DNA from: Thermodesulfovibrionales bacterium
Lineage (GTDB): Bacteria; Nitrospirota; Thermodesulfovibrionia; Thermodesulfovibrionales; SM23-35
Direction of reading: 5' to 3'
Assembly: GCA_963715195.1 (NCBI GenBank)
Contig: CAVQRT010000007.1
Location: 96,001-160,000 of the forward strand
DNA: 64,000 nt
Position numbers and translations under genes: made by a program
Notes under the pieces: model-generated
Told to the model about the DNA's origin: nothing
What the model saw: the letters and a program-made list of their open reading frames with translations, nothing else
The model's database searches: none
In this document: in pieces, positions 18,487 through 28,277 of the stretch
Numbering within the stretch: the first letter of the stretch is position 1
Layout of the letters: the number at the start of each line of letters is the position of its first letter

Positions 18487-19588
18487 AGGGCCTATCGCAG
18501 AGATCAGTCTTTCGGCGATAGCGCACAATCTCCACTCTGTTCAAACAATCGTAAACAAACGTCCGGTCATTGCTGTTGTCAAGGCAGATGCATACGGTCA
18601 TGGCGCAGCAGTTGTTTCAAAAAAACTTCTTGAAAAAGGAGTTTCCCACCTTGCAGTTGCCTTTGCGGGTGAAGCCCTGAACCTCAGGGAATCAGGCATA
18701 GATTCACCCATCCTGGTATTATTTGATCACGAAGACATCAGAGATTATTTCGATCATGATTTATTGCCGGTTGTTTCCTCGTTCGATACCGCCCGCAAGC
18801 TGTCCGAAGAGGCGAGGAAGAGGGCAGGCGTAATGAAAATTCATGTTAAAATCGATACAGGCATGGGAAGAATCGGATTCCATGGGGATCAGGTTATAGA
18901 AAATATCATGAGGATATCAGCCCTGCCGGGGCTCGAAATTACCGGGTTGATGAGCCATTTCTCCGAGGCTGATCTTGCAGACAGGTCTTACGCTGCAGTC
19001 CAGCTTGAGCGCTTCAACATAATCAGGAATGAACTGACAAAAAGAATGGGAAGGTCAGTCATGGCGCATATCGCAAACAGTGCGGCTGTCATGGCTTTTG
19101 AACAGGCATACCTGAATGCAGTAAGACCGGGGCTCATGCTGTATGGATATTCTCCATTTTCAGATAATTCTCCTCCGGGTCTTATCCCGGCGATGACAGT
19201 CAAGGCGAAGATTCTTGCTATTCGAAATCTGCAGGCTGGAACGCCGGTAAGCTATGGCAGAACATTTGTAACAAAACGGCCGAGCAAAATCGGTGTTCTC
19301 GCAATAGGTTATGCTGACGGCTACAACAGGCTTTTTTCGAACAATGCTCATGTTCTTGTGAGAGGAAAAAAGATTCCCGTGATCGGAAGAGTCTGCATGG
19401 ATTTAACGATGATCGATCTTACCGATGTCGGAGAAGTGGATACCGATGATAAAGCCGTCATTATCGGAAGGCAGGGAGATCTTGCCATTACGGCTGATGA
19501 ACTTGCCGTCAGGGCACAGACCATCTCATACGAAATCCTTATATCTCTTGGAAGCAGATCAAGGCGGGTCTATGTTGAAGATCATTGA
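18479..19588 (+). CDS. alr: Alanine racemase
   Basis: AVVKADAYGHG (PLP lysine), HVKIDTGMGRIG, VRPG, GYADGY, GRVCMD. Confidence 0.97.
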   Translation: MIRGPIAEISLSAIAHNLHSVQTIVNKRPVIAVVKADAYGHGAAVVSKKLLEKGVSHLAVAFAGEALNLRESGIDSPILVLFDHEDIRDYFDHDLLPVVSSFDTARKLSEEARKRAGVMKIHVKIDTGMGRIGFHGDQVIENIMRISALPGLEITGLMSHFSEADLADRSYAAVQLERFNIIRNELTKRMGRSVMAHIANSAAVMAFEQAYLNAVRPGLMLYGYSPFSDNSPPGLIPAMTVKAKILAIRNLQAGTPVSYGRTFVTKRPSKIGVLAIGYADGYNRLFSNNAHVLVRGKKIPVIGRVCMDLTMIDLTDVGEVDTDDKAVIIGRQGDLAITADELAVRAQTISYEILISLGSRSRRVYVEDH

Positions 19589-20345
19589 GATTATCGGGAG
19601 AACGGTTATCAGATTCGCTGAAAATTTTGGCAGGATACTGATCCTTCTCTTTCTGACGATTAAACAATTACTTTTCCCTCCGTATGAAATCAGAAATACC
19701 TTTAAACAGATGCTTGAGATCGGAGTTCGCTCATTGCCGGTCGTACTCATTACGGCAATTTTTACCGGTATGGTTTTTGCGCTCCAGACATTCACAGGGT
19801 TCAAGAGGTTTGGTGCAGAAGCCCTTGTCGGTACGGTTGTTGCGCTCTCGGTGACGAGGGAGCTTGGTCCGGTCCTGACCGGTTTGATTGTTGCCGGAAG
19901 AGCAGGAGCGGCCATGGCAGCAGAGATGGGAACCATGAGGGTGACGGAGCAGATTGATGCCCTTGAAACGCTGGCTACAAATCCGGTGAAGTATCTGATC
20001 GTTCCTCGTTTTATTGCGGGTATCCTGATGCTGCCTGCGCTTACCATTGTCGCTGACATCACAGGCATCACAGGAGGTTATTTTGTTACGGTCGGACTTT
20101 TTAAGACAAGCTCAATTGTTTACTGGAACAGAACATGGGATTTTCTCGAAATGAGTGACATTTATAATGGTCTGATTAAAGCGGCTTTTTTCGGAGCTAG
20201 CATTTCATTAATCAGTTGCTACGAGGGTTTTTATACGCGAGGCGGAGCGGAGGGTGTGGGTAAGGCGACGACCGGTGCTGTCGTCCTGTCCTCAATGACG
20301 ATCCTGATATCCGACTACTTTCTCTCCGCGTGGTTGTTTAAATAG
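19572..20345 (+). CDS. mlaE: MlaE-family ABC permease
   Basis: RELGPVLTG...AGRAG.AMAAEMGTMRVTEQIDAL, GGAEGVG.ATT. Start reassigned to ATG 19572. Confidence 0.93.
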   Translation: MLKIIEIIGRTVIRFAENFGRILILLFLTIKQLLFPPYEIRNTFKQMLEIGVRSLPVVLITAIFTGMVFALQTFTGFKRFGAEALVGTVVALSVTRELGPVLTGLIVAGRAGAAMAAEMGTMRVTEQIDALETLATNPVKYLIVPRFIAGILMLPALTIVADITGITGGYFVTVGLFKTSSIVYWNRTWDFLEMSDIYNGLIKAAFFGASISLISCYEGFYTRGGAEGVGKATTGAVVLSSMTILISDYFLSAWLFK

Positions 20346-20354
20346 GCTTACAAC

Positions 20355-21146
20355 ATGAACCGGTACGTAATCGAAATTATTGATCTCCATAAATCCTTCG
20401 GTACCAACTATGTTCTGAGAGGAGCTGATCTCGGGATTGAGAAGGGCGAGAACATGGTCATTATCGGAGGAAGCGGTTCAGGTAAAAGTGTGCTGCTGAA
20501 GCATATTATCGGGATACTGAAGCCGGACGAGGGAAAAGTCCTCATCAGCGGTGTTGATTTAACATCATTAAAAGAAGATGAACTCTATGCAGCAAGAAAA
20601 AAATTTGGTATGCTTTTTCAGATGTCTGCTCTGTTTGATTCGCTGTCTGTATGGGAGAATGTTGCCTTTGGAATTCTCAGGAACAAGAAAATGCCGGACA
20701 AAGAGGCAAAGGCTTTTGCCATAGAAAAACTGAGGTCTGTGGGGCTTGCCGGTGTGGAAGATCTGATGCCGGCAGAGCTTTCAGGGGGCATGAAGAAACG
20801 GGTTGGTCTTGCCCGGGCAATTGCCCATGAGCCTGAGATTTTGCTGTATGATGAACCTACGACCGGACTCGATCCCATCATGGCAGACGCAATCAATGAT
20901 CTCATTGTCGAGATGAAAAATAATCTGTCAGTGACCAGCGTTGCCATAACGCACGACATGAACAGCGCATATAAAATTGCGGATCGGATTGCGATGCTCT
21001 ATGAGGGAAAAATAATCGAAACCGGCAGTCCGGATGAAATCAAAAATACCTCAAATCCAATCGTAAGGCAGTTTATTACAGGGAGCGCATCAGGCCCAAT
21101 AAAGATACAAGGAGTGCATTATGAGGGGAATTTCAACAGAACTTAA
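20355..21146 (+). CDS. mlaF: MlaF-family ABC ATPase
   Basis: GGSGSGKS, LSGGMKKRVGLARA, YDEPTTGLDP; sits between mlaE and an MCE gene. Confidence 0.93.
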   Translation: MNRYVIEIIDLHKSFGTNYVLRGADLGIEKGENMVIIGGSGSGKSVLLKHIIGILKPDEGKVLISGVDLTSLKEDELYAARKKFGMLFQMSALFDSLSVWENVAFGILRNKKMPDKEAKAFAIEKLRSVGLAGVEDLMPAELSGGMKKRVGLARAIAHEPEILLYDEPTTGLDPIMADAINDLIVEMKNNLSVTSVAITHDMNSAYKIADRIAMLYEGKIIETGSPDEIKNTSNPIVRQFITGSASGPIKIQGVHYEGNFNRT

Positions 21147-22602
21147 GGTCGGATTATTCGCGGTCTTGGTCATAACAATTTTGACGTTCATGACATTCAA
21201 GGTTGGCGGCCTTTATTGGGTGAAAGAAGAAGGCAATATCTACTATATTTACTTCAAAAATATCGCTGGCCTTGATGAAAAGACGAAGATTAAAATTGCC
21301 GGTGTCGATGCAGGGTTCATCGAAAAAATTGAGCTGCAGAAAGGGTTAGCTAAGGTAACCGTTCGCGTGCAGAAAGGGGTCCTGTTGTTCAGCGATGCGA
21401 GTGCCGCTATCAAAGCCGCAGGCCTGCTGGGAGACAAATATCTTGAGGTAAAACCAGGTTCAAGAGAACCCGCCCTGAAGAACGGAGATACGATCCAGAA
21501 TGTGGTAGAAATCGTTGACATCGACGATTTGGTGAGAAAGCTCACGAACGTTTCTGAAAATATCAGTACACTCGTAACCGCTCTTAATGAATCACTCGGC
21601 ACCGAGGAGGCAAAACGGTCTCTGAGGGAAACGGTGACCAACCTGAGTCATATAACTGCAAATCTCAATGAGACCATCATCGTCAATGATGAAAAGCTGC
21701 GGAATGTTCTCGACAGCATCAAGACCCTGACTGCTTCTTTGAATGAGCTTGTCGACAAAAACAAGGAGCCAATAACTGATACAGTTGGTAACCTCAGGGA
21801 GTTCTCTTCCAATCTGAAGACCGATGGCCCTGAGCTGATCGCAAACCTGAATAAGGCGACCAAGGAACTGAAAGAGATGGTTGAGGAAAATAAGCCTGCT
21901 GTAAAAAGTGCTGTTGAATCCCTCGACAGGATTACCACACAGATTGATCAGGGAGAAGGAACACTGGGTAAGCTGGTTAAAGACGAACGGCTCTATGACA
22001 ACATTAATAAGGCAGCCGAAGGCGTGGAAAAGACCTTTGGAGCCATAGACAGGTTCAGGACGTTTATTACCTTTCAGGCAGAATATCTCAGCGAAATAGA
22101 AGACGGGAAGGGGTATTTCTATCTTACACTCCAGCCGCGACCTGACAGGTACTACATCCTTGGTGTAGTTGGAGATCCGCTTGGAAGAGTAACAACAACG
22201 GAGACTGTTACAACTGTTGATGGAATCACAACGCGGAAAAAAGAGTTGAAAACAAAGAAAGAAATAGAATTTACCGCCCAGTATGCAATGCGATATAAAG
22301 ACGTTGCTTTGCGTTTGGGATTGTTTGAAAACACTTTCGGAGCAGGAGCAGACTATTTCTTTCATGGAGATAGGGGAAGGGTAATGCTCGATGCATGGGA
22401 TTTTTCGAATGATGAAGAGTATTCGAAAAATCCTCATATAAAAGCAGGAGTTGATTATTTCATCTTCAAAAATTTATTTATATCTGCGGGTATTGATAAT
22501 GTTATGAATAGCAAATGGCGCGGCGGTTATGCGGGCTTAGGACTTAGGCTCGAGGATCAAGACCTGAAGTACATTATGGGAACGATTCCGGTAGTCAGAT
22601 AG
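21121..22602 (+). CDS. mlaD: MCE/MlaD-family protein with long helical region and beta-rich C-terminus
   Basis: N-terminal TM, MCE domain (AGL..K..I.IAGVDAG, GLLGDKYLE), coiled-coil, GEGTLGKL, aromatic beta-strand C-terminus. Confidence 0.85.
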   Translation: MRGISTELKVGLFAVLVITILTFMTFKVGGLYWVKEEGNIYYIYFKNIAGLDEKTKIKIAGVDAGFIEKIELQKGLAKVTVRVQKGVLLFSDASAAIKAAGLLGDKYLEVKPGSREPALKNGDTIQNVVEIVDIDDLVRKLTNVSENISTLVTALNESLGTEEAKRSLRETVTNLSHITANLNETIIVNDEKLRNVLDSIKTLTASLNELVDKNKEPITDTVGNLREFSSNLKTDGPELIANLNKATKELKEMVEENKPAVKSAVESLDRITTQIDQGEGTLGKLVKDERLYDNINKAAEGVEKTFGAIDRFRTFITFQAEYLSEIEDGKGYFYLTLQPRPDRYYILGVVGDPLGRVTTTETVTTVDGITTRKKELKTKKEIEFTAQYAMRYKDVALRLGLFENTFGAGADYFFHGDRGRVMLDAWDFSNDEEYSKNPHIKAGVDYFIFKNLFISAGIDNVMNSKWRGGYAGLGLRLEDQDLKYIMGTIPVVR

Positions 22603-22667
22603 ACGTGAGAGGAAAGAGAGTTGATGCTTCAGTAGATTATCTGTTTTAACGGAAAGGAGGTGAAGAA

Positions 22668-23063
22668 ATGAGAATCCCTTTCATAAAATATATCTCTTGG
22701 TACCTTGTTGTTTCTATGTTTTTCATCAGTATTGTGCCCCGGGTGGATGCTGGCCTGGTTCCGTCAAAAGTTATTCAGCTCGCTGCTGTGGACAGGGTTG
22801 AAGACCTTCATAAAATCCGGCAGGTGCTTGAAATGAAAGCAGTAAGCGCCCGGCTCGGACAGTTGGGACTTACCCCGGAAGAAGTCCAGCAAAGAATGGT
22901 ATCTCTCAGTGATCAGCAAATCCACCAGCTTGCGCTCCAGCTGGATGAGCTCAGAGTGGGACAGTCTGATGCTTTGGGAGTGATCATTGCTCTTCTTGTT
23001 ATTGTCATACTAGTCATTGTTATCCTGAAGCTCACAGGACATAAAGTTATCGTGACAAGATAG
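22668..23063 (+). CDS. PA2779-family protein
   Basis: Signal peptide, L.QLGLTPEEVQQR..SLSDQQIHQLA, C-terminal TM. RBS aggaggt. Confidence 0.8.
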   Translation: MRIPFIKYISWYLVVSMFFISIVPRVDAGLVPSKVIQLAAVDRVEDLHKIRQVLEMKAVSARLGQLGLTPEEVQQRMVSLSDQQIHQLALQLDELRVGQSDALGVIIALLVIVILVIVILKLTGHKVIVTR

Positions 23064-23071
23064 TTTTAAAC

Positions 23072-23113
23072 AGGTACCCCCCTTTTCCCTCATTGATGAA
23101 AAGGGGGTACCTA
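23072..23113. other. Intergenic inverted repeat
   Basis: aggtacccccc-tttt ... aaaa-gggggtacct between the PA2779-like and C39 genes. Confidence 0.55.
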
Positions 23114-23124
23114 TTATTAGCATA

Positions 23125-23661
23125 TTGAGAATCTCACTCTTTTTCATATGTTGCATTACCGCACTTGCAATAATATCTGCTTGTGCGGCTCCTCAATTTA
23201 CACAACAAACACATGACGTTTATTTGATAGAATACGTGCCGTTTTATCCGCAGGAAGACTATCAGTGCGGTCCTGCTTCACTTGCAAGTGTCCTGGCCTA
23301 TTGGGATAGCAATGCTGACCCGGATGAAATCGCCAGGGAAATATTCAGTAAATCTGCCCGCGGCACCTTGACGATAGACATGATACTCTATGCTCAGAGG
23401 AAAGGATTTCATGCAGTACAAGTTAAGGGCAGCATTGAATCTTTGAGGAATTCCATAGATTCCCGATTTCCGCTTATTGTGCTTGTCGATTATGGAATAT
23501 CCGTCTTTCAGAGAAACCATTTCATGGTTATAACCGGATATACCAACGATGGCGTAATTGTGCATTCGGGGAAATCTCGAAACAAGTTCCTGCCGGAAAA
23601 AACGTTCCTGGCGGCATGGAAAAAGACAGATTACTGGGCACTGTTGATCAAAAAGCCGTGA
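23125..23661 (+). CDS. C39-family cysteine peptidase lipoprotein (PA2778-like)
   Basis: Lipobox ISAC, VPFYPQEDYQCGPASLA (catalytic Cys), HFMVITGY. Confidence 0.85.
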   Translation: MRISLFFICCITALAIISACAAPQFTQQTHDVYLIEYVPFYPQEDYQCGPASLASVLAYWDSNADPDEIAREIFSKSARGTLTIDMILYAQRKGFHAVQVKGSIESLRNSIDSRFPLIVLVDYGISVFQRNHFMVITGYTNDGVIVHSGKSRNKFLPEKTFLAAWKKTDYWALLIKKP

Positions 23662-24137
23662 CGTATCCCGGTTTTTTCAAAAAGGGCCGTTTTCTTTTCT
23701 GTTTGCTGACTACTGCCTGCTACCTAATGTTGTTCGGGTGTGCCTTTCCGCGGATTATTGTCCTCGATGATCCATTGAGTCCCGAGGAACACCTGAATTT
23801 AGGTGTAGCGTACGAGCAGAGCCGGGAATATGACAGTGCCCTCAAAGAATTCGAGAAAGCATCGAAAAAACTTACTATCGCTTACCTGTATATGGGAAAC
23901 ATACATTTCCTGAGAAATGAGTACGAAGATGCGGAGTTCTACTACAAAAAAATGATTGAGATAGATCCGGAGAATGCGGATGCGTATAACAACCTCGCAT
24001 GGCTTTACTATGCAAAGAGGGAGAATCTGCAGGAGGCAGAAGGTTTGGCTCTGAAGGCGATTGACCTTAACCCGCTGAAGAAGGATATTTATGAAGACAC
24101 ACTGTTAAAGATTAGGGAAGTGATACAGGAAAAATGA
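23616..24137 (+). CDS. Tetratricopeptide repeat lipoprotein
   Basis: LFGC lipobox, HLNLGVAY, AYNNLAWLY TPR motifs. True start probably GTG 23658 or later. Confidence 0.82.
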   Translation: MEKDRLLGTVDQKAVTYPGFFKKGRFLFCLLTTACYLMLFGCAFPRIIVLDDPLSPEEHLNLGVAYEQSREYDSALKEFEKASKKLTIAYLYMGNIHFLRNEYEDAEFYYKKMIEIDPENADAYNNLAWLYYAKRENLQEAEGLALKAIDLNPLKKDIYEDTLLKIREVIQEK

Positions 24138-24229
24138 CGTATAGAACATTAACAATTACTTTATATAAAATTCATAACGAATTGAAATTGATAGTTATAT
24201 TTATAATAAAAACTGTATGGTAACAGGGA

Positions 24230-24366
24230 TGTCACTCCGGCTCGTCCGGAATGACATTTTTTGATACCTCTCAGCTCTGCTGCGGGGTGATTCATTGCAA
24301 AAGGCATTAACCGAAATAATTCTCTCCTCGGCAAGTCGCTGAGGGGACGCGATAAGCGGGAATGAA
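24230..24366. repeat. Cluster of palindromic repeat remnants upstream of rlmN
   Basis: tgtcactccggctcgtccggaatgaca (24230-24256), ACCCCGCAGCAGAGCTG hairpin element (24263-24296, minus) and a ...gcgggaatga end (to 24366). Confidence 0.6.
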
Positions 24367-24412
24367 AGAATATCGACAATCTTGACTTTAAAGCTAAATT
24401 TCGAAAAATTTT

Positions 24413-25465
24413 TTGAAAATTATAAATCTTAAAACACTCGATAAAGAAGGTGTTCACCGTTTTATCGAGTGTCTGCATCTCCCACGGTACAGGGCTGATC
24501 AACTCCTGCTGAGACTGTACAGGAAACACGCAGTTGACATTGAAGAAATCACCGAGTTTTCCAAAGAACTCCGTACCGTTTTAAAAACTGTCGCTTATAT
24601 CAGCAATCTGAAGCTGGTCAATCAGGTTACATCATCTGACAATACAGATAAATTTCTCTTTGCCCTTGAAGATGGCCAGACGGTAGAGAGCGTATTGATT
24701 TCAGATAAGGAACGCCTTACGCTCTGCATATCTTCCCAGGTGGGATGTGCCATGGGGTGTCTTTTTTGTCAGACGGCAAGATGCGGCTTTGTAAGAAATC
24801 TGAAATCGTATGAAATTATTGACCAGATTATTGCTGTCAACAGAGTCATTCACCCGAAGAGAGTGACCAACGTTGTTCTCATGGGGATGGGAGAGCCTCT
24901 CGCGAATTTCGATTGGGTTGTTGATGCCCTCTGGAAGATTGTTGAGTTGCTTGGAATTTCCAAGCGAAAAATAACTCTCTCGACTGCGGGGCTTGTGCCG
25001 AAACTGCTCATGCTGCCCAGGAAGGCCCCGGATATCAACCTTGCTATTTCCCTGAATGCAACCACCGATGAAGTCAGAAATAGAATCATGCCTGTAAATA
25101 GACGATATCCAATACAAAAGCTCCTCGATGCTTGCGGGAGATATCCCCTTCCCCCTGGAAGAAGGATAACATTTGAATACGTTATGATTGATGGACTGAA
25201 TGATTTCTCCGAGGATGCCCGCAGGCTTGTAAAGCTCCTCTCGGGAATACGGTGCAAGATCAACCTTATACCGCTGAATCCTTTTTTGGGCTGTGAGCTG
25301 AAAAGGAGTCCGGATGAACGGGTTCATACTTTTCAGAAGATACTCTTGCAGCATAAAACGAGGGCATTTATCCGTGAGAGCAGGGGGCGGGATATCTGCG
25401 CAGCCTGCGGTCAGTTGCGGGCGAACAGGAGTAATCTGCAGACGGTGAACGAAAGATCAGTATGA
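24413..25465 (+). CDS. rlmN: Dual-specificity RNA methyltransferase RlmN (radical SAM)
   Basis: CISSQVGCAMGCLFC, MGMGEPL, DICAACGQL. Confidence 0.96.
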   Translation: MKIINLKTLDKEGVHRFIECLHLPRYRADQLLLRLYRKHAVDIEEITEFSKELRTVLKTVAYISNLKLVNQVTSSDNTDKFLFALEDGQTVESVLISDKERLTLCISSQVGCAMGCLFCQTARCGFVRNLKSYEIIDQIIAVNRVIHPKRVTNVVLMGMGEPLANFDWVVDALWKIVELLGISKRKITLSTAGLVPKLLMLPRKAPDINLAISLNATTDEVRNRIMPVNRRYPIQKLLDACGRYPLPPGRRITFEYVMIDGLNDFSEDARRLVKLLSGIRCKINLIPLNPFLGCELKRSPDERVHTFQKILLQHKTRAFIRESRGRDICAACGQLRANRSNLQTVNERSV

Positions 25466-25625
25466 ATGAATCTGTTGTCATACACAGCCCCTTATCTCTT
25501 TTTCTGCCGGATCGCGATCAGAAGAATTGCAACACTTCTCGAATATGCATAGTGATAAGAGCATTGCTATCTCCGGAAATCAGTTCTATACAAACCTTTC
25601 GTCATCGATCTGCCAGAGGTATAGG

Positions 25626-26531
25626 TTATGATTGTGAGAAGACAGCCTCAAGCGCCTTCTTCAAATTACCATAGTCAAACTTGAACTGGATATTGTTCAA
25701 TTTCGCGGGGATTACCTTCTGGCTATTTGTTAGTTCATTCGCCAGATCTTTTATGAACGGCCTGACAAGGGCAACAGGGAACGGTATAACAATAGCTTTG
25801 TGGTATATCCGGAGATGATCCAGCAATTCACGAAAACGAACTGGTTGGGGAGAGCAGGCATTCACAGGGCCTGAAAGGCGTTCATCAGCAATTGCGGTTT
25901 CATATATATGGATAAGATCATCCATATGAATCCAGGGAAACCAGTTCTGACCTGAACCAAACTGCAGAGTGAACCCGAATCTCATGGATTTCACGAGCTT
26001 TCCGAGAAAGCCACCCCTCCTGTCAAGAACAGGTGCTGTCCTCAACTGAACTGAACGTATTCCTAAGGTTTCTGCTCGGCGTGCTTCGTTTTCCCATGCA
26101 ATACAGACATCTGCAAGGAAACCCTTTCCATGTGACGCAGTCTCATCAACTTCATTTTCACCCTTGTTTCCATAGAAGCCGACCGCGGAAGCGGAGACGA
26201 ACGTCCTGGGTTTTTGTTCAAGTGCAGAGACAAAATCTATGAGTTTCTTGTTGACGGTAATACGGCTTTCCCAGATCGCCTTTTTATACTCTTCTGTCCA
26301 GAGTGTCAGGATATCCTTACCGCTCAGGTTAATAATGGCATCTGTTTCCATAAACCATCGCTTTTCAAAAAGACCGGTGTCGAGAAGGTTGACGACAAAC
26401 GACTGCAATTTCGGGGAGGTTACCCCCGACTGATTTCTGTCGAGAATGACAACTTCGTATCCTTTCCCGAGGAGATGACGTGCGAGGCGCTGGCCAATGA
26501 AACCTCCGCCACCGCATATGATTACTTTCAT
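25626..26531 (-). CDS. TIGR01777-family NAD-dependent epimerase/oxidoreductase
   Basis: GGGGFIG, SASAVGFYG, FLADVCIAWE, GSGQNWFPWIHMDD, GPVN. Confidence 0.9.
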   Translation of the reverse strand: MKVIICGGGGFIGQRLARHLLGKGYEVVILDRNQSGVTSPKLQSFVVNLLDTGLFEKRWFMETDAIINLSGKDILTLWTEEYKKAIWESRITVNKKLIDFVSALEQKPRTFVSASAVGFYGNKGENEVDETASHGKGFLADVCIAWENEARRAETLGIRSVQLRTAPVLDRRGGFLGKLVKSMRFGFTLQFGSGQNWFPWIHMDDLIHIYETAIADERLSGPVNACSPQPVRFRELLDHLRIYHKAIVIPFPVALVRPFIKDLANELTNSQKVIPAKLNNIQFKFDYGNLKKALEAVFSQS

Positions 26532-26890
26532 GGGCTATTATATCAAGAATCATCGAAAAGAACGTTTGCCTTTCATAGTCCAGATTCGTGAACATAATTG
26601 CATCTATAGCAATGAAGACTGTTCAGATGCTGATACACTATGGTAATCTTATCATCATTGTTCGTAACAAAATACTCTTCTTGAGCACAGATCAATCGGG
26701 TAGTATTTCTCATAATCTGCACTTCGAGGTAGGCGCATCATAACAGGAAACGGACATGATGTACTAAGATTACTTTATGAAGCCTCATAGAAAATCGATT
26801 AAAGGAGTTGTAACGGCAAACAGCGTATTAGGCAGATATTATTTTTGCTCATGATTCCTATTTTGGTATACTGAGGAGGAAAAACAGGTC

Positions 26891-27292
26891 ATGAAACTGA
26901 AAGATTATCTTGAAGAGCAAAACGGGATCAGCATTCTTTCCACGGCAGACCGGGATGGTAAGTTGACGACTGCAATATATTCCAAGCCGCGTGTTATGGA
27001 GAACAATAGCATTGCATTCATTATGAGAGAACGTCTCACATATCATAACCTTCAGAGCAATCCATATGCCGCTTATATGTTTATTGAAGGCAGTGCAGGC
27101 TATCGGGGAATAAGGCTTTTTCTCAGGAAAATCAGAGAGGATAATGATCCTGAAGTCATCGCAAAGATGACCCGGCGGAGTCTTACACCCGAGGAAGACA
27201 AAGAGAAAGGGCCAAAGCATCTCGTTGTTTTTCACATTGAAAGAATTCTTCCACTCATTGGCGCCGGAGAGAGTTTTGTAACTCTTGCATGA
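26891..27292 (+). CDS. Pyridoxamine 5'-phosphate oxidase-like (FMN split-barrel) protein
   Basis: LSTADRDG, AIYSKP, TYHNLQSNPYA, GYRGIRL. RBS gaggagg. Confidence 0.8.
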   Translation: MKLKDYLEEQNGISILSTADRDGKLTTAIYSKPRVMENNSIAFIMRERLTYHNLQSNPYAAYMFIEGSAGYRGIRLFLRKIREDNDPEVIAKMTRRSLTPEEDKEKGPKHLVVFHIERILPLIGAGESFVTLA

Positions 27293-27418
27293 TTTTAAAG
27301 AGAATCATGAAGGACAGAAGAAGGGATTATAGAAATGTTATGTAGATATTTGATGGCAGCCAGCACCCTCCAACAATTGCCATCTTCATTATTAAATGAT
27401 TATTGTGCCCGGCAACCT

Positions 27419-27802
27419 TTATTGAGCCGCTTCCTCCATGGCATCCAAAATGACTTTCTCAACTTCCTCAGCTATGTTTTTTAACTCAGGATTTGGGTAC
27501 ATTGAAAGCATGATTGTTGGCTTTATGGTTGAAAGTTTGGTTTTATTATTTTCTGTGAAAATTGAAATACGGCAAGGCAAAGCTGTTGATATTTCAGCAT
27601 TTGCCTCTAAAACTCTTTTAGCTTGCAGAGGATTACATACTTCAAAGATCCTACATTCCTTGTTTAATTCAACGCCTTTCTTTGCCAATGTTTCTTTCAG
27701 GTTGTGAACTGTAAGAACACCAAAATTTCGCTTTTTAATAGCCTCTTCAAGACTTACGCCTACTTCATCAATATCCTTGGAAGATTCAATTGTATACAGC
27801 AT
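27419..27802 (-). CDS. DUF302-family protein
   Basis: FGVL..H, IFEVCNP..A...L, LPCRI motifs. Confidence 0.88.
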   Translation of the reverse strand: MLYTIESSKDIDEVGVSLEEAIKKRNFGVLTVHNLKETLAKKGVELNKECRIFEVCNPLQAKRVLEANAEISTALPCRISIFTENNKTKLSTIKPTIMLSMYPNPELKNIAEEVEKVILDAMEEAAQ

Positions 27803-28001
27803 ATTACAACACCTCGCTCTTTCTTAATCGTTGATAAACACATTGAAATACTTCAAATTATTTTAAGAGATCTTAAGAGGTTATCTCTCTCACGGTCATG
27901 GAAAAAATGAGATTAGGAATATCAATGTGTAACACGCACAATTATATCAGATTTCTATGGCGTGAACCTAGTCGGCTGTTGCATCTTGGGGATCACATAA
28001 A

Positions 28002-28165
28002 TAAAAAAGTGGTGCTTGCCTCCCCCCCAAAACCCAGCTTATTGTACATCCTGAGACATACAGCTTAAGACTTTCACGTCTACAACCTTACGTCTACGAC
28101 CTTACAACATATGCTGAGTTAGAGAGGAGGAAGAGCACCACTTATCGAAATCTCACTCTTCTTAA
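28002..28165 (-). ncRNA. Candidate structured non-coding RNA (long rod-like hairpin)
   Basis: Near-consensus sigma70 promoter upstream, long pairing with G-U wobbles only on the minus strand, U-run right after the closing stem, no substantial ORF. Confidence 0.6.
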
Positions 28166-28169
28166 CATA

Positions 28170-28198
28170 CTTATACTCCCATTTAAAGTGGTTGTCAA
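28170..28198 (-). promoter_or_regulatory. Sigma70-type promoter TTGACA-17 nt-TATAAG
   Basis: -35 at 28198-28193, -10 at 28175-28170 on the minus strand, 17-nt spacer. Confidence 0.7.
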
Positions 28199-28277
28199 GT
28201 TTTTTTGTTGACAATAAATTATTGAGAAAGGAAATAGGCTTTGACGGTTGCAGGAAGGTCTCTGTCCGATAGGGTGT

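Noticed and set aside
21592..22437. 281-aa antisense ORF opposite mlaD, and many similar shadow ORFs
   Set aside because: Fully overlap well-supported genes and have no recognisable motifs.
24161..24529. 122-aa minus-strand ORF containing MNHPAAELRGIKK
   Set aside because: Translation of the repeat cluster plus antisense rlmN; not a credible gene.
28077..28105. Direct repeat gtctacRaccttac x2 as possible CRISPR remnant
   Set aside because: Two near-adjacent 14-nt units, no spacers, no cas genes; better explained inside the hairpin RNA.
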